This document shows positions 36,240-45,866 of a stretch of 49,773 bases of DNA, in pieces. Position 1 is the stretch's first letter; each line of letters opens with the position of its first letter. Source of the stretch: Candidatus Magasanikiibacteriota bacterium (GTDB taxonomy: Bacteria; Patescibacteriota; Patescibacteriia; Magasanikbacterales; GWA2-37-8); the NCBI GenBank assembly GCA_046590235.1, contig JBKJTY010000021.1:1-49773 (forward strand). The letters are read 5' to 3'. A program made the translations under genes and the position numbers. The notes under the pieces are model-generated. The model made no database searches. It saw only the letters and a list, made by a program, of their open reading frames with translations, and was not told the DNA's origin.

Positions 36240-36818
36240 ATGCATACACCAGAGGACATTCAATTGGTCGCACGTGCGAAAGCAGGTGACAAGACCGCTT
36301 TTAGCGAACTGTACGATAAGTTCATTAAACCTATCTATACATTTGTCTATTATAAAACGCATCATAAAGAAACTGCGGAAGACATCACCAGCCAAGTCTT
36401 CATGCGAGCGTATAATAGCTTGAAAAATTTTGACCAAGAGAAGGGAACCTTTTCCGCCTGGGTCTATCGTATCGCGCGTAATGCGGTTATTGATCATTAC
36501 CGCAGTGCTAAACCAATGACGGATATTGAAGATGCTTGGGACTTGGCCGGCAATGAAGATGTCGAACGTGACGCTCATACAAGAATCGAATTAGCTAAAG
36601 TTGAAGTCTACTTAAAAGAATTACCAGCCGAGCAGCGTGATATTGTCATCATGCGTGTCTGGCAAGAAATGAGTTATGCGGAAATCGCTGAAGCACTTGG
36701 TAAAAGTGAAGCGAGCTGCAAAATGATGTTTTCGCGCACCATAGCAACGCTTCGTGAGACCATGCCACTGCCAGCATTATTACTCTTTCTCTTCAGTACC
36801 GGAAAAAATATTCTATAA
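36240..36818 (+). CDS. ECF-type RNA polymerase sigma factor
   Basis: GDKTAFSELY, AEDITSQVF, FSAWVYRIARNAVIDHYR, MSYAEIAEALG. Confidence 0.93.
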   Translation: MHTPEDIQLVARAKAGDKTAFSELYDKFIKPIYTFVYYKTHHKETAEDITSQVFMRAYNSLKNFDQEKGTFSAWVYRIARNAVIDHYRSAKPMTDIEDAWDLAGNEDVERDAHTRIELAKVEVYLKELPAEQRDIVIMRVWQEMSYAEIAEALGKSEASCKMMFSRTIATLRETMPLPALLLFLFSTGKNIL

Positions 36819-36829
36819 TTAATTTTTAT

Positions 36830-38371
36830 ATGCAATCTAAACAAAAAATTCTTGAGGATCTTTATCTGATTGATCCAAGCCTCAAGGCACATGAACAAAA
36901 ACTTATCACCCTCATTGATGAATTAATGAAATCAAAACCAGACACACATTTTGATGAATCATTCGCACGTGAACTTAAGAAAAAATTACTTTTACAGCCT
37001 GCAGCAGTTGCTGAAAAAGCTTCATTCTGGTCATTTTTAGCCATGCCTCGTTTGGCATTCACCGGCGGCGCATTCGCGCTCGTTCTCGCTGTGGCAGTTT
37101 TGGTTAGCCAACCCGATCCAAGCTCGTTGCAAGTCCAATTTGGCACCGCTGAAGTAAGCCGAGTAAAGTCACAAGCCTTCGGCTCTTTGGGTGGAGGTAG
37201 TGCAACAGCTAATAGTGCTACTGAGGCTACCAGTGCCCCAATGGCGTATGGTATGGGTGGTGGTCGTGGTGGCGATGGAGCCGGAGCGGCAACAATGTTA
37301 GGACAGCCGGACGCGATCAGTTCAAAAATGATAGCTCCAGGCATCGTTGCTCCTTACTATAGTTATACTTTTTCATATAAAGGCGAAGCCTTTGATTTGA
37401 AAGACAAAACACTTGATGTCTTCAAGCGTACAAAATCTGAAAATGGTGATATGGGCTTGGCCCAAGCACTCATGGGCGCCTCCCTCAATGGTATTAACTT
37501 ACGTTCATTTGCTAACGCTGGTTTAACCAGTTTTGAATTAGCGCAAAGCACACCGGATGGTTATTCTATTAGTGTCAATTTACGTGAAGGCACGATTGGT
37601 ATTAATGGTGGTAATAATTATTATCGAACGATGCCAGCGAACTGTGATGCGAATGGTTGTACTGAACAATATAAACCACTTACACTCGCTGAAGTGCCAG
37701 CTGACAGTAAGTTAATTGCTGTCGCTGATCAATTTGTAAAAGACCACGGAATAGATATTAGTTCTTATGGTACACCTGAAGTTGATAACACATGGCGTGC
37801 ATATGCTTCGCAAGGCGAACAAATGTATGTCCCTGATTCTGTTAGTGTTCGTTACCCGCTTCGCTTAAATGAAACAATGGTGTACGATCAGGGTGGAAAT
37901 AAAACAGGAATTACTATCACAGTAAATATTCGTGAAAACAAAGTAATGGGTGCTTGGCAGATTCAAAACCAAGACTACCAGGCCTCTGCTTACGAAGCTG
38001 AAACAGACGCTGCTCGAATTATTAAATTGGCTGGAAGCGGCGGAAACGGTGGACGATATTACTATGGTGGTGATACTAAAAAAGTTGAACTCGAACTCGG
38101 CACTCCTGAAGGTGTTTACATAATGATGTGGAACTATAAGGATGGTATCTCCAATGAATTGTACGTTCCTGCACTTCGCTTTCCAATTACCAACGCACCA
38201 GAAACACTCTATCAGAAAAATGTTATTGTTCCATTGGCAAAAGATTTGATTCAAGACGGAACAAGTATCCCACCAAGTCCGATCATGTATATGAAAGGAT
38301 CTGAAGGTGTGAGTGGTCCAGCCATTGATCTTATTGCCCCTACACCAGCCGTTGCTCCAAAAAAACAATAA
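36830..38371 (+). CDS. Membrane protein, putative anti-sigma factor with large extracytoplasmic domain
   Basis: Directly follows the ECF gene; short cytoplasmic N-terminus (PD..F..ELKKKL), one TM, large C-terminal region. Confidence 0.65.
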   Translation: MQSKQKILEDLYLIDPSLKAHEQKLITLIDELMKSKPDTHFDESFARELKKKLLLQPAAVAEKASFWSFLAMPRLAFTGGAFALVLAVAVLVSQPDPSSLQVQFGTAEVSRVKSQAFGSLGGGSATANSATEATSAPMAYGMGGGRGGDGAGAATMLGQPDAISSKMIAPGIVAPYYSYTFSYKGEAFDLKDKTLDVFKRTKSENGDMGLAQALMGASLNGINLRSFANAGLTSFELAQSTPDGYSISVNLREGTIGINGGNNYYRTMPANCDANGCTEQYKPLTLAEVPADSKLIAVADQFVKDHGIDISSYGTPEVDNTWRAYASQGEQMYVPDSVSVRYPLRLNETMVYDQGGNKTGITITVNIRENKVMGAWQIQNQDYQASAYEAETDAARIIKLAGSGGNGGRYYYGGDTKKVELELGTPEGVYIMMWNYKDGISNELYVPALRFPITNAPETLYQKNVIVPLAKDLIQDGTSIPPSPIMYMKGSEGVSGPAIDLIAPTPAVAPKKQ

Positions 38372-38375
38372 TAAA

Positions 38376-38403
38376 TAAAAACGACCATATAATGGTCGTT
38401 TTT
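38376..38403 (+). terminator. Intrinsic terminator
   Basis: taaaaacgaccat-ata-atggtcgttttt. Confidence 0.75.
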
Positions 38404-38491
38404 ATTTTTGTCATAGTAACGGTACTCATCCGTCACTATATTGTCAGGAACTAGGGCCTATGTCATACTAGCGATCATAATGAATTTACAT

Positions 38492-38905
38492 ATGCCATTA
38501 CAATTTATCAAAGAATTTAAAGAGTTCGCCGTAAAGGGAAATGTTGTTGATTTAGCAGTTGGTGTTATCATTGGTGGGGCGTTTGGAAAAATAGTGTCAT
38601 CGTTGGTTAACGATATTATTATGCCACCAATTAGTGTCTTAAGTAATGGTGTAGATTTTAAGAGTTTAAAAATCATGTTGAGTAAGGGTGTTGCAGGTAA
38701 GCCGGATATCACACTCAATTTCGGAAGCTTTATTCAGAACACGATTGAATTTCTCATAATTGCCCTGGTAGTATTCTTAATGATTAAGGGGATTAACCGT
38801 TTGAAACGTAAAAAGCAGGAAGAGCCAGTGCCGGCAAAGCAGACTTTGACGAAGCAAGAAGAGGTGCTAATTGAGATCCGCGACCTCCTAAAGGCTAAGA
38901 AATAG
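38492..38905 (+). CDS. mscL: Large-conductance mechanosensitive channel
   Basis: [50 protein letters not shown]. Confidence 0.97.
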   Translation: MPLQFIKEFKEFAVKGNVVDLAVGVIIGGAFGKIVSSLVNDIIMPPISVLSNGVDFKSLKIMLSKGVAGKPDITLNFGSFIQNTIEFLIIALVVFLMIKGINRLKRKKQEEPVPAKQTLTKQEEVLIEIRDLLKAKK

Positions 38906-38935
38906 GGTTTTTGTAGGAAGGTGCCCAGCTGTTTA

Positions 38936-38964
38936 TTGACAAAATAATGAACATTTTGTATAAT
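38936..38964 (+). promoter_or_regulatory. Consensus promoter for tRNA-Gly/tRNA-Met
   Basis: TTGACA-17 bp-TATAAT. Confidence 0.85.
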
Positions 38965-39010
38965 GTCAGCACTAAAGTCACTTACGCATAAAGCTTAAGT
39001 TGGCCCAAAC

Positions 39011-39084
39011 GCGGTAGTAGCTCAGTTGGCTAGAGCGTCTCCTTGCCAAGGAGAAGGTCGCCGGTTCAAATCCGGTCTGCCGCT
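39011..39084 (+). tRNA. tRNA-Gly(GCC)
   Basis: tctcc-TT-GCC-AA-ggaga anticodon arm; U73; CCA not encoded. Confidence 0.95.
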
Positions 39085-39142
39085 CTCATTTATTGTGAGA
39101 GCGTGTTACCAAAAAAACAGCTTATCATTCTCGGTGAAATAT

Positions 39143-39216
39143 AGCGGGGTAGAGCAGCCCGGCAGCTCGCTTGGCTCATAACCAAGAGGTCATTGGTTCA
39201 AATCCAATCCCCGCAA
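39143..39216 (+). tRNA. tRNA-Met(CAT), initiator-like
   Basis: agcggggtagagcagcccggcagctcg fMet-like 5' half; 1:72 mismatch; CT-CAT-AA loop; CCA not encoded. Confidence 0.9.
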
Positions 39217-39448
39217 CTAGAATACAAAACATACCAATAAATTGGTATGTTTTGTTTTTGCATTAGCTATGATGGATTTGAACAAGGGGGGTGGTGGGCC
39301 TGTGCCCGGAGGGGTAGGAAGTATTCCCCCATATTGCGGAGGAAGGTTCACGGAAACCCGAACGGTTTCCGTGGGAGGAGCGGAGCGACGACTCAACTCC
39401 ATCCCCGCAACTCGGATCAAAAAACACCAATTATAATTGGTGTTTTTT
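39205..39448 (+). repeat. tRNA-linked repeat element with duplicated tRNA 3' end and terminator
   Basis: atccccgcaact occurs at the tRNA end and again at ~39401-39412. Each copy is followed by a related accaat/attggt terminator. Confidence 0.65.
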
Positions 39449-39467
39449 GTTTATGTCTAATAGATTT

Positions 39468-40535
39468 TTATTTATCAGTCGCTAGTTCATCAAAGTAATA
39501 ATTCTCATACATCTCCCAAAGTGACAGGAAGAATGCTGCGACGATCGGGCCGATAATGAAACCGGAAATTCCAAAGAAGGCGATACCTCCAAGTGTTGAA
39601 AACAGAATGAGAAGTGGATGCATTTGTAAATCTTTACCAATAAGCATTGGTCGAAGGAAGTTATCGAGGATGCTAATGAGCCCACCACCAATAATAAGTG
39701 TCGCACCAGCACCATAGCGCCCGAGGATAAGCATGATTATGCCAGCTGGCACAAGAATGATTGTAGAACTCGTTGCGGGGATAACAGATAAGATCACCAT
39801 AATGATGCCCCAGATAAACGCGCCAGGTACGCCAGTGGCGGCCATAAGCAGTCCGCCGACAACACCTTGGATAAGACCGATAACCAACGTGCCTTTCAAA
39901 GCAGCTCTGGAAGTAGAGGTAAACTTTTTATATAAAATCTTTTCGTATTTATCACCAAGCGGTAATAAAAACATTGCCTTTTTAAGCATCTTTTCACCAT
40001 CTTTCAGGAAGTAGAACAAAGTGTACAGCATGATGACGAACATCACCACAAAGGTAAAAGAATTTTGTGTGAAGTCTTTTGCAAAGGTTAGGGTAACGTT
40101 AAGTAAATATGTGCCACCCTCAGAAATTCTTTGAGTAATGGTTTCTTGGTTAAACAACTCATCTTGGCTTAAGAAGCGAGTTAAAACCGGTTGGTGGTTT
40201 AAGTATTCAATTGCCTGTTTAACACCAGTCATGATTTCGCCTTGCTTGTCATTAACAGAATTATACAAACTTACTGACTCATTAATCAACAAGGCTGATG
40301 TAACGGTAAGGGGGAAAATAATAATGATTGTAACTAGGCACAATGTAATAAATGAGCTTAAATTAGGACTTTTGAGGCGTTTGTTAAGTCCTAAGAAGAA
40401 TGGGTAAAAAACAGCCGCTGCCACAGCTGCCCAAAATATTGGGAAGGCAAACGGACGTAATAAATAGATAAACATGACTGTTGCGCCGATCAACAAGCCT
40501 AAAAAAAGATAATTACGAAGTTTGGAAAAATCCAT
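39468..40535 (-). CDS. AI-2E family transporter (PerM/YdiK-like)
   Basis: FYFLKDG, DNFLRPMLIG...MHPLLILFSTLGGIAFFGISGFIIGP. Confidence 0.92.
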   Translation of the reverse strand: MDFSKLRNYLFLGLLIGATVMFIYLLRPFAFPIFWAAVAAAVFYPFFLGLNKRLKSPNLSSFITLCLVTIIIIFPLTVTSALLINESVSLYNSVNDKQGEIMTGVKQAIEYLNHQPVLTRFLSQDELFNQETITQRISEGGTYLLNVTLTFAKDFTQNSFTFVVMFVIMLYTLFYFLKDGEKMLKKAMFLLPLGDKYEKILYKKFTSTSRAALKGTLVIGLIQGVVGGLLMAATGVPGAFIWGIIMVILSVIPATSSTIILVPAGIIMLILGRYGAGATLIIGGGLISILDNFLRPMLIGKDLQMHPLLILFSTLGGIAFFGISGFIIGPIVAAFFLSLWEMYENYYFDELATDK

Positions 40536-40570
40536 AAATATAGGTTAAATACTCTTCTATAGTAACAGAT

Positions 40571-41998
40571 TTAGACCGCATCTACAACTTTAGTTCGAGA
40601 CAGGAGGCTTTTAATTTGGTCAAGAGTAGTAACGCGGAGTACGATGATTAAAACGGTGTAGCTGAGAGCGCCAAGAATCATAGATGACCAAAGGGGAAGT
40701 GGTTGTAGTGTGTAAACCACAGTACCCATAACTGTGCTAGCTAAACAAATTCTGAAAAAGATTGAGAAAGAAAATTTAGTTTTAGAATAATAGAGTGTAA
40801 GAATCGTATGCCCCAGTCCAGCGTAAATCTCAGAAAAAATGGTTACCCCGACTGCGCCCATCCAGCCGTAGCGCGGGATGAAAACTAAGTAACCAACTAC
40901 TGAAAGGATAGCATTAGTTAGGTAAATCCATAGAGCTTCGCGTTGGCGGTCGATAGCCAAGATGATATGGCCAAAAGCCATGCCAAAACAAATACCAAAA
41001 ATACATATACTCAACCAGCGGAGCATAATACCGGCTTCAGCAAAGGAAGGACCGGCAGTGAAAAGCATGATTTGTTCCGCCAGAACAAAAATACCAGCAA
41101 GCATTGGAATTATGACAAGTGCAAGCATGTTTAAGCCGAGTTGCGCACGCTTAGTAAACTCTGTCTTATCGCCACGTGACCAAGAATAGGTGATAAGGGG
41201 CATAACAATGCCCATGATGATCGCTGATGTTTGGATTATAATATCTACCACGCGGTAAGCAGCACCATATAAGCCCACCTCACTTTGTGAAACGTAGAGC
41301 GGTAAAATTACGCGATCACCTTGCAGGTAAATAGCGTTAAAAATAATTGATAACGCCGTTGGCCACATTTTTATAAACAAAATCTTTGAAATGGCACGGT
41401 CGATCGAAAGCTTGATGCTCGGCATACGTGACCACAAGTAAATAGTGCCAACTAGTGAAGCAAAACTAATCGCTCCCATCATAGTGATAAACCCAGCTTT
41501 GGTATACCAAGCAAATGCAACACCAGCAACCAATAATACACGTGCTACGATATCTGCAATTGTTGGGATTAACATTTCTAGTTTTTGCCTATAATAACCA
41601 ACAAATACTTGTTGAAGGGTAAGAGCAAAAAAGGATAGGCTAACAACTGCTACGGCCATTTTAATTTCCGATGGATACGGAAAGAGCAGGAAGACAAGTG
41701 GTGCCAAACCTTGGAAAAATAATGCGGTAATGAGGCGCCAAGTAAAAGCTGTATTAAGCAATTTCTGTTTATCGTATTCTGGCTCAGAAAGCATGTTTGA
41801 GGTTGTGACAGTAAAGCCAAAATCACTCATGATGCCAATAAATTGCAAAAATCCGCTTGCAGTAATGTACCAACCAAACTGTTCGGTACCAAGACTGCGT
41901 GTCATGAAAGCTATAGCAACAAAACCGAGTAGGGTACTCAGTGCTTTGCCGGCAATTTGAAGGGCGGCGCTATGTGCAAGTGTGCGATGGAGTGACAT
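40571..41998 (-). CDS. Polysaccharide flippase (Wzx/MOP family)
   Basis: Many TMs; RSLGTEQFG.Y, DFGF, VGLYGAAYR, IPRYGWMGA. Confidence 0.9.
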   Translation of the reverse strand: MSLHRTLAHSAALQIAGKALSTLLGFVAIAFMTRSLGTEQFGWYITASGFLQFIGIMSDFGFTVTTSNMLSEPEYDKQKLLNTAFTWRLITALFFQGLAPLVFLLFPYPSEIKMAVAVVSLSFFALTLQQVFVGYYRQKLEMLIPTIADIVARVLLVAGVAFAWYTKAGFITMMGAISFASLVGTIYLWSRMPSIKLSIDRAISKILFIKMWPTALSIIFNAIYLQGDRVILPLYVSQSEVGLYGAAYRVVDIIIQTSAIIMGIVMPLITYSWSRGDKTEFTKRAQLGLNMLALVIIPMLAGIFVLAEQIMLFTAGPSFAEAGIMLRWLSICIFGICFGMAFGHIILAIDRQREALWIYLTNAILSVVGYLVFIPRYGWMGAVGVTIFSEIYAGLGHTILTLYYSKTKFSFSIFFRICLASTVMGTVVYTLQPLPLWSSMILGALSYTVLIIVLRVTTLDQIKSLLSRTKVVDAV

Positions 41999-42018
41999 AG
42001 GTCGGAAGCGCCAGGAAG

Positions 42019-42564
42019 TTACGGTTTTTCTGTGTGATGATGCTTGGCGTCTTCAACAGCGAGGTCGAGAATGACTTGGCGTAATGTTTCTGGATGAGGA
42101 ATTTTCATGACAATAAATTTTTCTGTTGCACTCGCAGTCTGTATTTCAAGTGTGCCGTAGTTAAAAAGTGATGGAAAGAAACCGTGTACTTCAGAAGTAA
42201 CATCTTGCACTTTATTCAAATCAACTTCTGAAATAGTGCGAGCAAATAAATTCTGTTGTTGAATGTGAAGCAAGCGGTCGTTCGTAATAATCAGCAAATC
42301 AAGATAAAAAGTGACAAAGTAGGTGTAAAGAAACAAGCCAATGGATAGATAGTAGAAGCTTGCCAACAAGATAAGTACCGGCATTGTTAGCTGTCCGTCT
42401 AAGATAGCTGGAGCTATTGAGCTGAGTAAAAAATACAATCCAAACGGTGCGGCCGCTAGCGCTAAAAAGCCAATAAAAATTGGTACTAGTGTAAACGGAT
42501 GTTTACGAATTTCATATTCAATCCGTTCGTATGATTTTTGATGGATAAATGTCCCTAGTGTCAT
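42019..42564 (-). CDS. Membrane protein with bacterial PH domain
   Basis: Two TMs; IITNDRL, L.KVQDVT....G....FNYGTLEIQTA. Start placed at MTLGTF. Confidence 0.8.
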   Translation of the reverse strand: MTLGTFIHQKSYERIEYEIRKHPFTLVPIFIGFLALAAAPFGLYFLLSSIAPAILDGQLTMPVLILLASFYYLSIGLFLYTYFVTFYLDLLIITNDRLLHIQQQNLFARTISEVDLNKVQDVTSEVHGFFPSLFNYGTLEIQTASATEKFIVMKIPHPETLRQVILDLAVEDAKHHHTEKP

Positions 42565-42565
42565 G

Positions 42566-42838
42566 CTAGTAAGGTTGGTTGAAAGATGCTGCACCGCTTA
42601 GCCAAGTTGGATTCCAGATAGTTACTTGTTGCTGCCAATCAATCTCAGCAACTTGAAACCACGTAAGGCCAAGAATAATGACTGAATAGGTAATAAATAA
42701 AAAGGTCGCGGCAAAGCTGGTAGTTGTAAAAGTGCCGGTCGAAACCAAATGACCGATATTGATCATGGTAAAAATCAAAAACGCCAACAAGAAGAAGGCG
42801 TAAAGAAAGAGGATGACGTAAAATGAGATAATAATCAT
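42566..42838 (-). CDS. Small membrane protein
   Basis: Two hydrophobic helices; abuts the next gene. Start uncertain (42856 or 42838). Confidence 0.6.
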   Translation of the reverse strand: MIIISFYVILFLYAFFLLAFLIFTMINIGHLVSTGTFTTTSFAATFLFITYSVIILGLTWFQVAEIDWQQQVTIWNPTWLSGAASFNQPY

Positions 42839-42916
42839 ACGAGATAGAATAACCATAGTGTATCAGAAAACTACGGTGGTAGCAATTTATCACGTATATG
42901 TTACAATGCGCACACT

Positions 42917-43471
42917 ATGCAACGAGCGGTAAATATTAAAGGTAAAACAATCGAGTACACACTTCGACGTCGACGTGGTACAAGGCGCGTTTCTATTTCA
43001 CTCCATCCTGAACACGGAGTTATTTTGTCCTTGCCATGGTATATACCAGAGGCAGCAGGCCAAGATTTTCTAAAAAGCAAAGCCGAATGGATTGAGAGTA
43101 AAATGGCTTGGCTTGCAAAACATCCGGTTAATAAGCTGGCCATACCAAAAGCAGATAAACCAAGACTTAAACGCCTTGCGCTGCAGCTGGTGCGTGATCG
43201 GTTGGCCTTTTTCAATCAGCATTACGGCTTATCATTCAAAAAAATTAGTATACGACAACAAAAAACACGGTGGGGCAGCTGTTCTAAAAGTGGGACAATC
43301 AGTTTTAATATTAAACTGGCAATTATTGATTCAGCATTGGCTGACTATGTGGTGGTACACGAGCTTTGTCATGTGCAAGAGATGAACCATTCTGCAAAAT
43401 TCTGGGCGCTGGTAGCGCAAACTATTCCAGACTATAAGGAACGTCGAAAGAAATTGAAAAGCATACATTAA
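42917..43471 (+). CDS. YgjP/DUF45-like zinc metalloprotein (M48/SprT-like)
   Basis: QKTRWGSCS, DYVVVHELCH, MNHSAKFW. Confidence 0.9.
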   Translation: MQRAVNIKGKTIEYTLRRRRGTRRVSISLHPEHGVILSLPWYIPEAAGQDFLKSKAEWIESKMAWLAKHPVNKLAIPKADKPRLKRLALQLVRDRLAFFNQHYGLSFKKISIRQQKTRWGSCSKSGTISFNIKLAIIDSALADYVVVHELCHVQEMNHSAKFWALVAQTIPDYKERRKKLKSIH

Positions 43472-43498
43472 AAAAGAACCGCATAACGGTTCTTTTTT
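43471..43498. terminator. Bidirectional terminator
   Basis: aaaaagaaccg-cataa-cggttctttttt. Confidence 0.75.
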
Positions 43499-43500
43499 GT

Positions 43501-44088
43501 TTAGCGTTTAGCGAGGAGTTGATCGATGTATTTGGCTAACATATCGAACTCAACACTGATCAAATCGCCAACCTTTTTACGAGCGAGGTTTGTTTCTTTG
43601 ATAGTATACGGAAGAATTTTTACTTGAAAGTTTTTACCTTTAACGCTTGTAATCGTGAGGCTAATACCATCAAGGGCGATGGAACCTTTCTCGCTGATGT
43701 AGCGAGCCATAACGGGTTTAGGTAGGGCGATGGTGAAGACCGTGGAATCGCCTTCAGGAGTAATAGCAGTAACGGTTCCAGTCGTATCGACATGTCCTTG
43801 CACCATGTGGCCACTCAAGCGATCACCGAGGCGTAGGGACTGTTCTAGGTTGACCCCGTCACCGACTTTGAGAGAACCGATTGCGCTGCGTTTCAAACTT
43901 TCCGGCATGTATTCAAAAATAAGTTTCGTAGTTCCAGAAACAACTGTAGAGCAGACGCCATTAATGGATATGCTTTCACCTTTGTAGGTCTTCCATTTTT
44001 TAGGTCTGATGAGAGCGATGGTCATGCCGCCGTTATGTTTTTCAATGGACGCAATTTTTCCCTGCGCAGTGATAATACCGGTGAACAT
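43501..44088 (-). CDS. ribE: Riboflavin synthase (alpha chain)
   Basis: MFTGII N-terminus, SISINGVC, VNLE.SL, GHMVQGHVD, KGSIALDGISLT. Confidence 0.95.
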   Translation of the reverse strand: MFTGIITAQGKIASIEKHNGGMTIALIRPKKWKTYKGESISINGVCSTVVSGTTKLIFEYMPESLKRSAIGSLKVGDGVNLEQSLRLGDRLSGHMVQGHVDTTGTVTAITPEGDSTVFTIALPKPVMARYISEKGSIALDGISLTITSVKGKNFQVKILPYTIKETNLARKKVGDLISVEFDMLAKYIDQLLAKR

Positions 44089-44091
44089 ACG

Positions 44092-44556
44092 TTAGACGAT
44101 CGGTTTATTTTTGTGGAGCGTAACACGTCCATGGATAAATAAGAGGGTAGATGTAGCAACAGAGGCAAGACAATATTGGCACCAAGCCTTAAGTACGAGC
44201 CATTGTAGGCCAAAGAAATACATTGAAGCAAGTAAGCCAAGTATAGTCGCTTGGGCTAGTCGTTTCAATAAAACATCGCTCTTTATATCTAAGTACACGA
44301 AGGTACCGAGTAAAATAGCGAGATAATAAGCTGCGCCATACAGAGCAACGGGGACAGGGCCAATAGTCGAGTACTGGCTCGTCAAAACAGTTTCACAACC
44401 ATGTGCCACAGAGCACGGCGGGATCGTTCCTTGGAAGTGTTTGATAGTTAAATAGGTAGCGTCAAGAAAGCCGAGCAAGCTGAGAAGTATAAAGCCGGCT
44501 GCTTGTAGTTTATTTACCCTGGAGAGCGTCTTTGATGGCTTGTTCGAGATCTCCAT
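44092..44556 (-). CDS. Vitamin K epoxide reductase (VKOR) family protein
   Basis: CSVAHGC..VLTSQYS loop cysteines, CQYC active site, TMs. Confidence 0.92.
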   Translation of the reverse strand: MEISNKPSKTLSRVNKLQAAGFILLSLLGFLDATYLTIKHFQGTIPPCSVAHGCETVLTSQYSTIGPVPVALYGAAYYLAILLGTFVYLDIKSDVLLKRLAQATILGLLASMYFFGLQWLVLKAWCQYCLASVATSTLLFIHGRVTLHKNKPIV

Positions 44557-45151
44557 AAGATTGGAGGTTAGTTAATTTTTTACCGTTCAAGAAAAACGTT
44601 GGTGTACCGTCAACATTAGCACGATTGCCGGAAGCAATATCGTCAGCAACTTTTTTCTTGGTTTCACTGCTGTTAATATCTTTTGCGAATTGTTCGGCAT
44701 TTAAACCAAGTGATGCTGCGTAGCCATTAAATAACGGTAGTGGATTTGAAGAGCCACTCCATTTACTCTGGTTAGTGAAAAGCAGGTCGTGCATTTCCCA
44801 GAATTTATTTTGGTTACCAGCTGCTTCAGCTACACGTGCTGCTAAATCAGCATGGCGATGCATTGGTAATGGGTACGCGCGATAAACAAATCGTACCTGG
44901 CTACCATAAGTTTGTTTGAGTGATTCAAGAACCGGGAAATATGAAGCGCAAGCTGGACATTCGAAATCACTATACTCCACTAAGGTTGTTTGCGCCATAA
45001 GCCCCCCACGTTGCCAATCACTAGATGTGACAGGATCAGCGTCGAGTGTGCCCTCAGAAACAGTTGGTTGAGCTGCACCAAGCAAAGCTAAGCCCCAAAT
45101 CATAGCGCCAAGACCGAGTATGACGGCTAACCAGATGAGCAGTCGTTTCAT
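44510..45151 (-). CDS. DsbA/BdbD-like thiol-disulfide oxidoreductase
   Basis: N-terminal TM, EYSDFECPAC, GTPTFFLNG. Confidence 0.92.
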   Translation of the reverse strand: MKRLLIWLAVILGLGAMIWGLALLGAAQPTVSEGTLDADPVTSSDWQRGGLMAQTTLVEYSDFECPACASYFPVLESLKQTYGSQVRFVYRAYPLPMHRHADLAARVAEAAGNQNKFWEMHDLLFTNQSKWSGSSNPLPLFNGYAASLGLNAEQFAKDINSSETKKKVADDIASGNRANVDGTPTFFLNGKKLTNLQSYGDLEQAIKDALQGK

Positions 45152-45183
45152 ATAAATCAGACAAAGAGTAAACGGTTTTTACG

Positions 45184-45798
45184 CTATTTACTTAACGCTT
45201 CGTCAACAGCTTGCTTGAAGACGCTGTATGGCTGTGCACCAACGATAGCCTGGCCGTTAACAAAGACAGTTGGTGTACCGCTTACACCAAGTTGCTCGCC
45301 TTCTTGTTGTTGTGCGGCAACTTTTGCTGCGTATTTACCAGAATCAAGACAGGTGTTGAATTTACTTGTGTTAAGACCAATAGCGCCAGCCCACTGCTTC
45401 AATGCGCCAAGGCTAAGACTAGTTTGGTGTTCAAAAGCATAATCATGGAACTGCCAAAATTTACCTTGTTCTGCAGCGCATTCGGAAGCTTCAGCAGCTT
45501 TTGCTGCGTTTGGGTGAAAGCTAAGTGGGAAGTGTTTAAATTCAACACTAATACGATCGCCATATTCCTGAATTAATTGTTTGATAGTCGGGTAAGCGCG
45601 TTCACAATATGGACATTCAAAATCAGAGTACTCTACTAATTTTACTTTAGCATTTTTATTACCTGCGATGTGATGATCTTCAGGGCCGCCAAATGAAACA
45701 TTAGTAACAGCCAATACGATACCGCCAATAAGTAAGCCAACTGCTACGGGAGCTAAAAGTGCACCTAAGAAAATCTGTTTTGTTGTTAATTGCTGCAT
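45184..45798 (-). CDS. DsbA/BdbD-like thiol-disulfide oxidoreductase
   Basis: N-terminal TM, EYSDFECPYC, GTPTVFVNG, GAQPY. Confidence 0.92.
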   Translation of the reverse strand: MQQLTTKQIFLGALLAPVAVGLLIGGIVLAVTNVSFGGPEDHHIAGNKNAKVKLVEYSDFECPYCERAYPTIKQLIQEYGDRISVEFKHFPLSFHPNAAKAAEASECAAEQGKFWQFHDYAFEHQTSLSLGALKQWAGAIGLNTSKFNTCLDSGKYAAKVAAQQQEGEQLGVSGTPTVFVNGQAIVGAQPYSVFKQAVDEALSK

Positions 45799-45866
45799 AT
45801 AGAGTGATTAATTATAGTCTTTACAGTATGCCATAGTATATTTATTTTGGCTAGTGTCTTTTAAAC

